From Candidatus Bathyarchaeia archaeon (lineage in GTDB: Archaea; Thermoproteota; Bathyarchaeia; 40CM-2-53-6), in assembly GCA_049517415.1 (NCBI GenBank), contig JBEKSC010000009.1:1-64000 (forward strand): a stretch of 64,000 nucleotides of DNA, in the 5' to 3' direction. A program made the position numbers and the translations under genes. Positions 19,770 through 28,399 of the stretch are shown in pieces; position 1 is the first letter of the stretch, and each line of letters starts with the position of its first letter. A model generated the notes under the pieces. That model did not search any database and was not told where the DNA came from. It was given only the letters and a program-made list of their open reading frames with translations.

Positions 19770-20126
19770 TCAATTTCTGATACGAGGTATTTCCTTCGTC
19801 GAACGAAAAATCCTAAGCCCCAGCTTCTTCGCAAGTTGTAGTTCTTTGTCTGCGCCTTTGGAACCTCCCAAATACAAGAAGGCATCGCAAAATTCCAGCC
19901 AGACCTTGTCGTACGCATAGTAGAATTGCGCTGGGAGTGGTTTCTTTGTCTCCAGATGGATGAAGTGAGTTAAGTGGGGAATGAACGGAACGTGCCCCTT
20001 TTCTATAACTTGAATTCCAGCTCGAATTGCCTTCAAAGTATTTTGGTGCGCCACCCTCGCGGCGTCATGAGGGTCCGAGTTCGCAGGCGTGTAAGGGCCT
20101 GCAACGTATATCTTCAAACGCTTCAT
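19770..20126 (-). CDS. Nucleoside 2-deoxyribosyltransferase-like (DUF4406/DUF1937-type) protein
   Basis: KIYVAGPY..GHVPFIPH..CDA..SKGADKE. Confidence 0.8.
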   Translation of the reverse strand: MKRLKIYVAGPYTPANSDPHDAARVAHQNTLKAIRAGIQVIEKGHVPFIPHLTHFIHLETKKPLPAQFYYAYDKVWLEFCDAFLYLGGSKGADKELQLAKKLGLRIFRSTKEIPRIRN

Positions 20127-20128
20127 TC

Positions 20129-20722
20129 CTAACTCCCACTGAGTTTAATCCCTCGCCAATTCAACGCCCTGTAGCCCAACAATACAGCGAATGCGATCAC
20201 CCAGAGCATCCCATCGAAAACCGGACTTGCAACGTAGTTACGGAACAGTATAAGTGCGAGGAAAACTATGCAGAAAATCAACGCATGAACGGTTCTTTTC
20301 ATGAACTTCCGTGGAGAACCTTCGGTTCTGTACTCGTAGATTCGCACTGCAGTCCACGCCAAATACACCACGAAGACAGCGAACAGAATCACCAGAATGG
20401 TTCCGAAATATTGAACGCTGGCGAACGCATACCAATACAAGAACAGTAATACTAGGTCCAAAAAGAATCGCCATATCGACTTAATGGGCACATTGAGAAC
20501 GGATCGATGGTATCCGACCCAACTAGTGACAACCAATGTGTAAGCGAGGACCACGTCGGCAAGCGTCAGCAAATTTCCTACTGGGTCAGAGAACCATTTG
20601 CCCCCTTTGGTAGGATCGGCAAGAAGTATGAAGCTCTGGGCTAACACCACGGCGAATAGTATGTCAACAAAACTCGTGTATATCGTTGACAACTGCGGGC
20701 CTGTTTCATTTGTTGTCTTCAA
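20129..20722 (-). CDS. 6-TM membrane protein, weakly TMEM175-like
   Basis: FVDILFAVVL and SWVGYHR resemble the FSD..FA and W..HH motifs. Confidence 0.6.
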   Translation of the reverse strand: MKTTNETGPQLSTIYTSFVDILFAVVLAQSFILLADPTKGGKWFSDPVGNLLTLADVVLAYTLVVTSWVGYHRSVLNVPIKSIWRFFLDLVLLFLYWYAFASVQYFGTILVILFAVFVVYLAWTAVRIYEYRTEGSPRKFMKRTVHALIFCIVFLALILFRNYVASPVFDGMLWVIAFAVLLGYRALNWRGIKLSGS

Positions 20723-21024
20723 GAGAAAATTAGCTCTGCTATTTCTTAACTAATTCAATCTAAGGTAATAGTTGGTTTCATGTATATGTTTTGAGTATAC
20801 GTCTTGTGTTGTTTCAGGGTTTATGGGTTCAGTTGCGCTGAAGCTTTCGCGCCTTTGAAGTCTTATAATTCATAATTCTTTGCCGCGCTCTTTCCGCAAC
20901 CGCATCCTAAACTTCTAAGAAGAAACTTCCAACCGTTTTCTTCATCTTCACCATTATCGTCGTGGTCGTTCGTCGTCGTCAGCGTCATAAAGTTAATCTA
21001 GGCGGCGGCGGGGGCGGGGTCTGC

Positions 21025-21053
21025 TGGTGCGGGCGAGCGAATTTGAACTCGCT
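21025..21053 (-). other. tRNA 3'-end remnant (att-like)
   Basis: Minus strand AGCGAG-TTCAAAT-TCGCT-CGCCCGC-A-CCA. Confidence 0.55.
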
Positions 21054-21092
21054 TTTTGGGGGGCGGTACCGATTCCTAGTGCTGTTAGATTT

Positions 21093-21839
21093 CTATTTCA
21101 GTCGTTTGAAACTCCATGTTCCGATTCCGATCATCACGGCCGCGAAGCCGGTTAGGATTAGGAGGTTGAGTGCGATGGGGAGTTGGGATGAGCCTAGGAT
21201 TAGGCCGCGTAGTCCGTCGACAGCATACGTGACTGGGTCGAGCATTGTGAAGATTACCAAGTATGGTGGCAGGTTCTTGAGTGGGAAGAGGGCGCCGCTG
21301 AAGAAGAACATTGGAAAGACCAGAAAGCTGACAATTAGCTGGAAGCCTTCCACGCTCTCCATATTCGACCCTATGATCAAGCCCAGGCTTACGAGCGCGG
21401 ACGCGAGAACGAACATGAATACAAACGAGAAGAGCACCGAGAGAAGCGTGTAGTTTATCCTTAGAAGTAATCCGAAGACGAGCATAGCGCAACCCTGAAG
21501 CAGCGCATCAATGCTTCCCCCAACCATCTTCCCAGCAAAGATAGTTGTCCGTGAGAGTGGGGCGACGAGCACTTCCTTGAAGAAGTCGATCTTCCTATCC
21601 CACACAATGTACAGGCCGAAGAAGACGGAGGAGAAGAGAATCGACATGGCGAGGATCCCTGGAAAGATGAAGACTTGGTAGTTGACGCCACCCAACGAAA
21701 CCGCGGACCCTAACCCACCCCCGAAGACCACAATCCAGAGCAGGGGGGTTATGAGGGATGATACGATTCGTGACTTTTCCCGCGTAAACACCTTCATCTC
21801 CCGGTACCAGAGCGCGTAGAACCCCTCCAGCTCACCCAT
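21093..21839 (-). CDS. ABC-2 type exporter permease
   Basis: FIFPGILAM..KEVLVAPLSR..FFSGALFP..DPVTYAVD. Confidence 0.93.
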   Translation of the reverse strand: MGELEGFYALWYREMKVFTREKSRIVSSLITPLLWIVVFGGGLGSAVSLGGVNYQVFIFPGILAMSILFSSVFFGLYIVWDRKIDFFKEVLVAPLSRTTIFAGKMVGGSIDALLQGCAMLVFGLLLRINYTLLSVLFSFVFMFVLASALVSLGLIIGSNMESVEGFQLIVSFLVFPMFFFSGALFPLKNLPPYLVIFTMLDPVTYAVDGLRGLILGSSQLPIALNLLILTGFAAVMIGIGTWSFKRLK

Positions 21840-22810
21840 TAGTGCCCACTCCTCACCCGTGCGATTCGCTCGAACACGCCCCCCTCACCCGACTCCTCCC
21901 TAATCTCACGTCCCGTGTAATGCAGGAAAACATCGTTCAGCGTAGCCGTCCGAACCTCCACAGAATCCACCGCACCAACCATCCCGAGAATTTCCTGCAA
22001 ATGCACGCTCGCATCCTTCACCGTCAACCGCAGCGTACTCCCCGACTGGTCTAGGCTCAACACATAATCCAAACTTTTCAGGCGTTCAATATTTGGCGAC
22101 TGGACGCGGAGCTTTATGATCTCCCCACCCACCTTCGACTTCAACGCTCTCGGGCTATCCAAAGCGGAAACCTGGCCGTGGTCGATTATGGCTACGCGGT
22201 TACAGAGCCTATCCGCTTCATCCATGTAATGCGTCGTAATTATGACAGTAACCTTCTCGGATTTGACAAGGTTCTCAATGTAAGCCCAAATGTGCTCCCG
22301 AGTCTGCGGGTCCAGTCCCAACGTCGGTTCGTCGAGAAAGAGGATTCTAGGGTTATGCAATAGCCCCCGCGCCAGTTCCAGTCTTCTGCGCATTCCGCCG
22401 GAATATTTCTTCACAACATCGTTCGCTCGGTCCTGTAGGTCCACTAGGCTGAGGACGTAATCTATGCGCTCCCGCCGCTCCCCCTTCGGGACGCCGAACA
22501 TCAACGCATGCAGGTACAAGTTCTCCCGACCGGTTAGCACATCGTCGCTACTCGGGTCCTGGAATACGATACCAATAGAACGGCGTACGTCGGCGGGGTG
22601 GGATCGAATATCGTACCCGTTCACGCGTCCAGTCCCCGAGGTTGGCTTCACGAGCGTGGCGAGCATCGAAAGCGTCGTAGTCTTCCCCGCCCCATTCGGG
22701 CCGAGGAGACCAAAGATTTCACCCTCCTCAATGCTCAGGTTCAACGAATCAACAGCCAGCAAGTCCCCATACCGCTTCGTCAAACCCTCCGTCTCAACCG
22801 CATGAACCAA
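21839..22810 (-). CDS. ABC exporter ATP-binding protein (DrrA-like)
   Basis: GPNGAGKTT, YSGGM, LDEPT. Confidence 0.95.
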   Translation of the reverse strand: MVHAVETEGLTKRYGDLLAVDSLNLSIEEGEIFGLLGPNGAGKTTTLSMLATLVKPTSGTGRVNGYDIRSHPADVRRSIGIVFQDPSSDDVLTGRENLYLHALMFGVPKGERRERIDYVLSLVDLQDRANDVVKKYSGGMRRRLELARGLLHNPRILFLDEPTLGLDPQTREHIWAYIENLVKSEKVTVIITTHYMDEADRLCNRVAIIDHGQVSALDSPRALKSKVGGEIIKLRVQSPNIERLKSLDYVLSLDQSGSTLRLTVKDASVHLQEILGMVGAVDSVEVRTATLNDVFLHYTGREIREESGEGGVFERIARVRSGH

Positions 22811-22850
22811 TGAGCATCAACCGGCCATGCAACGGACTAGGCTGCGTGCC

Positions 22851-23000
22851 TTAAATTGACTGGCTGTGCGAGGGCGCTCGCACGACTCGCTCATCTTTGA
22901 CTAATATGATATGGCTTCCTCTTTGCCGTGCTACGACAAATCCACTCTTACTCAAGGCCTTGATTACTTCACGCCATGAGAGCAGAGGGAGCTTCGACAA
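22851..23000 (-). pseudogene. hicA: HicA toxin, C-terminally truncated
   Basis: LP.LSWREVIKAL..GF..RQRGSHIIL; ends at ~49 aa. Confidence 0.7.
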
Positions 23001-23202
23001 TAACCTCGACTCTTTCACCTTTCGTCTGCTCCCTGAATCTCTCTGCCTTGACCTCAAGATAGCCTTCAATCGCTTCCTTGAGGTTAGAGAGAGCCTCTTC
23101 TTTCGATTCACCTTCTGTGGTGACAGGGAGTTCAACGCATTTTATCACAAACCCACCCTCTTCGGCAGGTTCCAGTACTGCGGTGAATTTGATTGAGGCC
23201 AT
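22969..23202 (-). CDS. hicB: HicB antitoxin
   Basis: EEGGFVIKCVELP..TEGESKEEALSNLKEAIEGYLE. Confidence 0.88.
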   Translation of the reverse strand: MASIKFTAVLEPAEEGGFVIKCVELPVTTEGESKEEALSNLKEAIEGYLEVKAERFREQTKGERVEVIVEAPSALMA

Positions 23203-23347
23203 TTCTATTCTGTCATGTGGCCTTGACCCATAAACAGCTGACTTACCGACGGCAATGATGGTGTGGCTGGCGCTCAAATTACCAGTCTAGGGTGAAATCT
23301 GGGGGAACGCTAACACAATGAAGCTAGGGAGAGTGAATCCCTCGATG

Positions 23348-23722
23348 TCACTCTATGTATTGCACGCCCGGAAGTTCTTTCAAGTCTTTGTCGCTTGTGA
23401 TTAATTGAGCCGAGTACGCTCTGGCTGTAGAATAGACTATCGCGTCGGCCATAGCAAACCCTTTTTCCAAACTCGCATCGGCCGCTTTCAACGCCGATTG
23501 CTCGTCTAATGTTACAATTCTGGTTCGGGTGATCTGAGCGTAGGCCTCCAAGGCCACTTGTTCGCCCTTTTCTTTCTTCAGCCTCTTGTAGACCTCATAC
23601 ACTACCACAGTCGGTGTGATTGTGTCATTCGCGTTTACGTTCTCGATGTAAGTGGCAAATTTCTTCGCCAACGGCCCATTCGCGAAGTACTCGATCCATC
23701 CGTACGAGTCGATTACTTTCAA
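23348..23722 (-). CDS. vapC: VapC/PIN domain toxin
   Basis: VIDSYGWIEY, YE, MADA, TSD. Confidence 0.92.
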   Translation of the reverse strand: MKVIDSYGWIEYFANGPLAKKFATYIENVNANDTITPTVVVYEVYKRLKKEKGEQVALEAYAQITRTRIVTLDEQSALKAADASLEKGFAMADAIVYSTARAYSAQLITSDKDLKELPGVQYIE

Positions 23723-23928
23723 AACCTGTCCTGCTCATCCCGGATATTGCTTGTTCTCGTGCCGCTGGCAAGACCACGAGTATCCTTGATTGGCCTCAGA
23801 GGAATTAGATGAACAACACCATCCTTCTCCACGACTACTACCTTTTGCCCAGGTTGGAGCTTCAATCTTGACCTAACCTCCTCAGGAATGACCACTTGGA
23901 ACTTGGAAGAGACCGTTACTGTAGCCAT
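23719..23928 (-). CDS. vapB: AbrB/MazE-type antitoxin
   Basis: VSSKFQVVIPEEVR..L.PG; overlaps the vapC start. Confidence 0.88.
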   Translation of the reverse strand: MATVTVSSKFQVVIPEEVRSRLKLQPGQKVVVVEKDGVVHLIPLRPIKDTRGLASGTRTSNIRDEQDRF

Positions 23929-24173
23929 CGTTAGCGTCACAGTAGAACGGCGCACCTATCGATACTTAAGGCTTCTTACGATGAGAGTCAGAGTGTCACA
24001 AGCCTACGGCAGGGTCGGAGGGGGGAATCACCCGCGGAAGGAATTTTGACACCGGGATCAATGAGTCTGAGTTTAGTTACATCGCAACGTAGTGGACCCG
24101 CCTCAGTTTGTCGCCTTCAGGGCTCCAGCCAAGCTGCTTGTCTACCCGCAACTGCATGAAGTTGACGACATTA

Positions 24174-24476
24174 TCAACGACTTTGTTTGGTCTGCTTCAG
24201 ATTTAGGTGGTCGCCCCATGCTAGCAGTTCATGAAGGTCGTTCTCAACATCAAATCGGTAGGTCTGTGCATTGCTGATCTTCCTCGAACGCTTGACGAAA
24301 CCATACTTGACTAATTTCCCAATTGCTTTTTGCACAGTCTTAAATGTCAAGCCAGTGGATTCAGCGAGCATTGGTACGGTTTGCTCCATGTTGCCAACTA
24401 TTCGCGCCTGGTCTAGGACGCGTGCGACTGGGCCTCCGAATACTTGGGTGAATGGCCCCCCTTTCATATCTTTCAA
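24174..24476 (-). CDS. Winged-helix DNA-binding protein
   Basis: LAESTGLTFKTV..L.K.GFV..RK. Confidence 0.7.
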   Translation of the reverse strand: MKDMKGGPFTQVFGGPVARVLDQARIVGNMEQTVPMLAESTGLTFKTVQKAIGKLVKYGFVKRSRKISNAQTYRFDVENDLHELLAWGDHLNLKQTKQSR

Positions 24477-24537
24477 CTCTCACACTCTCATGCGTGTCAT
24501 CATCATGATAACGGCGTTATATTAAGCATTGTATAAG

Positions 24538-24556
24538 ATTCCATAGATAATGGAAT
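24538..24556. promoter_or_regulatory. Inverted repeat upstream of the wHTH gene
   Basis: ATTCCAT-AGATA-ATGGAAT. Confidence 0.4.
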
Positions 24557-25011
24557 GATTTTCAATGGTATTTAGGCTGGGTACCTTGCTGCATGCCAAG
24601 GGGAACCACCCGTTGAGCTATTACCGAAAGGATATCCTCCCAAGTATCGGCATTTAGTTATGGAAGCATTTGAGATCTTGAAATCTGAAAACCGATCGCC
24701 GATTCAAGTAGTCCAACATAGGACTGGGCGCGGTACCTCTCCGCACGTCTGCCTTGTTCCGACTCAACTCTCAAGTGTTAGAGGTCTGATGAATGGTTAT
24801 AGGAAATCTGTAGGCCGTTAGCCTTACGGCAGAGACCTCAGAACTCTACTGCCCTTGAGGAAATAGACACGGTATGCAGCGGTTTCTTGCACCCAATCCT
24901 GTCCGACATCAACTTTTCAGGACCGCGCAAACTGCTATTTGTATTAGCTACTCCGCCTCAATCATCGGAGAGTAAATAAGAGAAATTCGCAGTAGAGACA
25001 ATTGAGCTAAC

Positions 25012-25416
25012 ATGACGACCGACGAGGAGATCTTGGAAGAATTAAGGAAGATTCGTGAGGCGGTCACTCCGAAGCCCGCGCCACCCGAAGTGAAACCGAA
25101 GGGGCTCATCGCTGAGTTTATGGCCTTTATTGGGAAAGCTGGCGTCATTGGGTTGGCTGTCGGCTTCATTATGGGCACGTACATTGGGACCGTAGTTACA
25201 GCGCTCGTTCAAGACATCATCATGCCGATTCCAGGTGCCTTGATTTCTGGGGGCGATTGGAGGAAAGCGGTTGTCACCTTGCCCATAGGCCAAGGCATGA
25301 ATTTCGCGGTAGGAGACTTTGTCGGTGTTATCATTAATTTCATAATAGTCGCCGTCGTGGTCTTCTTCATAACCAAGTACGCTGGAAAAGCTATGGAGAA
25401 AGTCCCGCTGAAGTAG
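25012..25416 (+). CDS. mscL: Large-conductance mechanosensitive channel
   Basis: EFMAFI..VIGLAVGFIMG..LVQDIIMP..GDFVGVIINFII. Confidence 0.9.
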   Translation: MTTDEEILEELRKIREAVTPKPAPPEVKPKGLIAEFMAFIGKAGVIGLAVGFIMGTYIGTVVTALVQDIIMPIPGALISGGDWRKAVVTLPIGQGMNFAVGDFVGVIINFIIVAVVVFFITKYAGKAMEKVPLK

Positions 25417-25452
25417 CAGCAACAGCCTCGAACCGCAAACTGCCCACTAGGT

Positions 25453-26619
25453 CTACCGTATTTCTTCTTCTCCTTCAGTCACGGTTATCCCACGTTTTCC
25501 AGACACCAGTTCCTTCAGGAACTCGCTAGGCTCAACGCAAAGCTCAGGCGGCAGCGTGCCTCGTTTAGTTATTCTTCCCATTGCGAGCCACTGTGCGATT
25601 ATGGAGGGGGGTGTTCCTGTGCCGACCGTCCCGCCGCCAACGTTCCACCGTTCGTTTGGAACGCTGACAGCGTCCACCCAAATCCTGACCCGCTTTCCAT
25701 CACGCTTACCCAATCCCTCGACCCTCTGGCAATCAACATCTAATTCAACGTCCGTGGGTTTCGGGAGGGAGTCAATAACCGAAGTTAACATGTCGTAGGG
25801 GACGACGTCTTCGCCCCTGACCTTGATGGGCGTCTTCTTAGTCAAACCCAACTGGGCTAGGAGCACGATTGATTTTGTGAATTCGGGTGGGTAAGCGACT
25901 ACGAAATCCATTTCCTTGATCCCTCTCCCAATGTTGAAGGGCATCGTCGCTAACTCAGAATGAATCGTGTAGTACCCCTCCACCTTACCAATGGGCTCGG
26001 GTAGAGTGAAAGATTCCTTTCCGGAAAGCGCCGGAATCTCTCGGATCCTCCCTTCGCGAAGTATGATCGGTGGGATTGTAAACTCATCTAGGACAGTTCG
26101 TATCGCGTAAGGGGCCTGAAATCCTCCGCCTCCTTTGACGACCGTGGAGCCGCTGCGCAGTTTCATCACCTCCACCTCATCCAGTTTTTCAGCGACGTAG
26201 GCTCCCATCACGTTCATTGTTCCAGGCGTACTACCCATCCCCAAAACGCAAGCGACGTTCGCGTCCTTCGCAGCCTTGTCCAACTCCAGCTGCTTCATCG
26301 TCATATGGTAGAGTCCACCGAGGTCGAGGTAGTGTATGCCCGCCGAGATGGCTGCTTGCATGACTTGCTGGTTCAACTCGTACCAGGTCGAGTTAACCAC
26401 CACATCCCAGTCTCTCATAATCCGGGTTAACTGTGCGTTTTCACGTGCATCTGCGGAAAGTGGGACGGCGCGTTCGTCTCCTAAACTTCTCGACGCCGCC
26501 TCGGCTCGTTCAAGGCACAGGTCAGCAACCCCTACTTTCTCCACTTTGCTGTTCCCTAGCATGTCCCTGATTGTGAACTGAGCCATAGCCCCGGCTCCGC
26601 CAAGAACTAAGATTCGCAA
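25453..26619 (-). CDS. Saccharopine dehydrogenase/carboxynorspermidine synthase-like oxidoreductase
   Basis: VLGGAGAM, HYLDLGG, GSTPG, HSE, G.LPPE. Confidence 0.88.
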   Translation of the reverse strand: MRILVLGGAGAMAQFTIRDMLGNSKVEKVGVADLCLERAEAASRSLGDERAVPLSADARENAQLTRIMRDWDVVVNSTWYELNQQVMQAAISAGIHYLDLGGLYHMTMKQLELDKAAKDANVACVLGMGSTPGTMNVMGAYVAEKLDEVEVMKLRSGSTVVKGGGGFQAPYAIRTVLDEFTIPPIILREGRIREIPALSGKESFTLPEPIGKVEGYYTIHSELATMPFNIGRGIKEMDFVVAYPPEFTKSIVLLAQLGLTKKTPIKVRGEDVVPYDMLTSVIDSLPKPTDVELDVDCQRVEGLGKRDGKRVRIWVDAVSVPNERWNVGGGTVGTGTPPSIIAQWLAMGRITKRGTLPPELCVEPSEFLKELVSGKRGITVTEGEEEIR

Positions 26620-26714
26620 GTGAAATCGTCCCTCGTATGACCCAACGACGTATTCCACCAGGTAGAAATACCCTTATCAGACTTTGTCCAATAACAACTA
26701 AGGCTTGATGAATA

Positions 26715-27308
26715 ATGAGTCTCCTTCGTTCGATCCTTACTGGTCTGCTCGTTCTTGTCGCCATTGTTTCAATTGCTTTCATAGGGTACACTAGCCTGAA
26801 CCCTCCCCTAGTAACTGTGACCCAACAGCAGTTTCTAACAAACACTCAGAGCCTCTACAGCACGCAAACGATGACCAGCCTTAGTATTGTAACGAGTTTC
26901 CGAACGGTCACAAGCGCAACTACGGCTGGGTTTGGAAATGGTTACCCTGGGTACGGGTATTATCAGAATTATCCGAATAACCCGAACTGTTCGTATTATG
27001 GATGTTACTACTCGCCCCCAGGCTTCGCTTCCCCAAGCGATCTCTGCACCACATCAGCTCAGAATGGTACGATTCAATGCTCCGGATACTTGCACGTGCC
27101 CTCGAGCACGTGCACGGAACTTGCAATTCCATACAACGCTCCAGCCCTTATGGAGTCCACGGGCTACCTGTACCTGACCTTGTTCAATTTACCATCAAAC
27201 ACTCCTCCGAGCGGCACATGGGTCACGGTGACAGGAACGCTAAACCAAGGCTACTCATCCGGCGTGCTTTGCACAACTAACTACATCAACGTGGCTACAA
27301 TATCCTAG
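26715..27308 (+). CDS. Membrane-anchored Thr/Cys-rich hypothetical protein
   Basis: N-terminal TM, Thr-rich linker, Cys-containing C-domain. Confidence 0.65.
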   Translation: MSLLRSILTGLLVLVAIVSIAFIGYTSLNPPLVTVTQQQFLTNTQSLYSTQTMTSLSIVTSFRTVTSATTAGFGNGYPGYGYYQNYPNNPNCSYYGCYYSPPGFASPSDLCTTSAQNGTIQCSGYLHVPSSTCTELAIPYNAPALMESTGYLYLTLFNLPSNTPPSGTWVTVTGTLNQGYSSGVLCTTNYINVATIS

Positions 27309-27358
27309 CAAAAAACCGGTAAGCCGACCAACTAACGGTTAAATTCGCGCGCACTAGG

Positions 27359-27754
27359 TTGCGCTCACGATTGCCTATGAAATCTAAATTTACATACGTA
27401 GGAATCAGAGTCAAAGACCTAGAGAAATCCATCGACTTCTACACAAAATTACTGGGCATGAAAGTCAAGGGCAGAAACAAATTTGAGAGAACCAAGGGTG
27501 AAGTCGTCAACTTGGAAAGCGAAGGCGTCGCCTTCGAACTCGAACTGAACTACTACGAGAAGGACAGCCCGTATTACTCGGAATACACGACCGGAGAAAG
27601 CCTCGACCATCTAGCCTTCGGCGTAGAAGACCTTCCGCGAGCTCTAGAAGAAGCTCGGAAGGGCGGCTACCGCGTCATCGCGGAAATGAAATCAGACGAA
27701 AGCCGCTGGGCCTACGTAGAGGATCCCAACGGAATCTGGATCGAACTTTTCTAG
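27359..27754 (+). CDS. VOC family protein (lactoylglutathione lyase-like)
   Basis: RVKDLEKSIDFY, ELNY, DHLAF, DPNGIWIEL. Confidence 0.9.
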   Translation: MRSRLPMKSKFTYVGIRVKDLEKSIDFYTKLLGMKVKGRNKFERTKGEVVNLESEGVAFELELNYYEKDSPYYSEYTTGESLDHLAFGVEDLPRALEEARKGGYRVIAEMKSDESRWAYVEDPNGIWIELF

Positions 27755-27831
27755 TTTCCCTGAATCGTCAGCCTCGTCTAACGTGGCTTCGTTTTATATT
27801 CAACCTCAGTTAATGGGCGGGCGATGTCACT

Positions 27832-28209
27832 TTGTTTGCAGGTATCGGCGGCCTAATTATTCAACTAATAATCGCTGGTATTATCGGCGGTATCTTCGTT
27901 TGGTTGGCGGGAAAGGCCCTAGGCGCACCCAGGGCTACCTATTGGCATGGGATTCTGATCGTTGTTTTAGCGATAATTGTCAGTGACATCATTGGTTATT
28001 TCTTGAGCGGCCTGGGCTGGATCAGAATCATCATAGAAATTATCGTAATCCTTCTGCTGATCAAGCACTTCTTCGCGGTCGGATGGGTAAAGGCGATCGT
28101 AATCGCAATCTTGGCTGTGGTCATAGCGATCATAGTCACCTTTGTCCTTGCTTTAATCGGGCTTGCCTTCGCAGCCACAGCACTGAAGGGCCTAATCCCA
28201 GGACTATAA
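27832..28209 (+). CDS. 4-TM membrane protein
   Basis: Hydrophobic, W.KAI motif. Confidence 0.7.
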   Translation: MFAGIGGLIIQLIIAGIIGGIFVWLAGKALGAPRATYWHGILIVVLAIIVSDIIGYFLSGLGWIRIIIEIIVILLLIKHFFAVGWVKAIVIAILAVVIAIIVTFVLALIGLAFAATALKGLIPGL

Positions 28210-28211
28210 TC

Positions 28212-28233
28212 GTCTCGCCTTGCAGGGCGAGAC
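28212..28233 (+). terminator. Stem-loop directly after the stop codon
   Basis: GTCTCGCCT-TGCA-GGGCGAGAC. Confidence 0.35.
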
Positions 28234-28399
28234 TTCGTCACTATGTCTTGTACAATACGGTCGGGCTAACTGGGTAAGAGCGGCCCGTAACATTTGGGTT
28301 GGCAAGATAATCTCTACGATAAGGCAAAACCCTTATTATGGGTAGGATTGAGTTGACCAGCTCAACTGCTTCTACATAAATCGCGAGACTTGGAAGATT

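Noticed and set aside
24092..24102. GTGGACCCGCC as another minus-strand tRNA-Ala end remnant
   Set aside because: Only ~11 bp with no T loop; compatible with chance.
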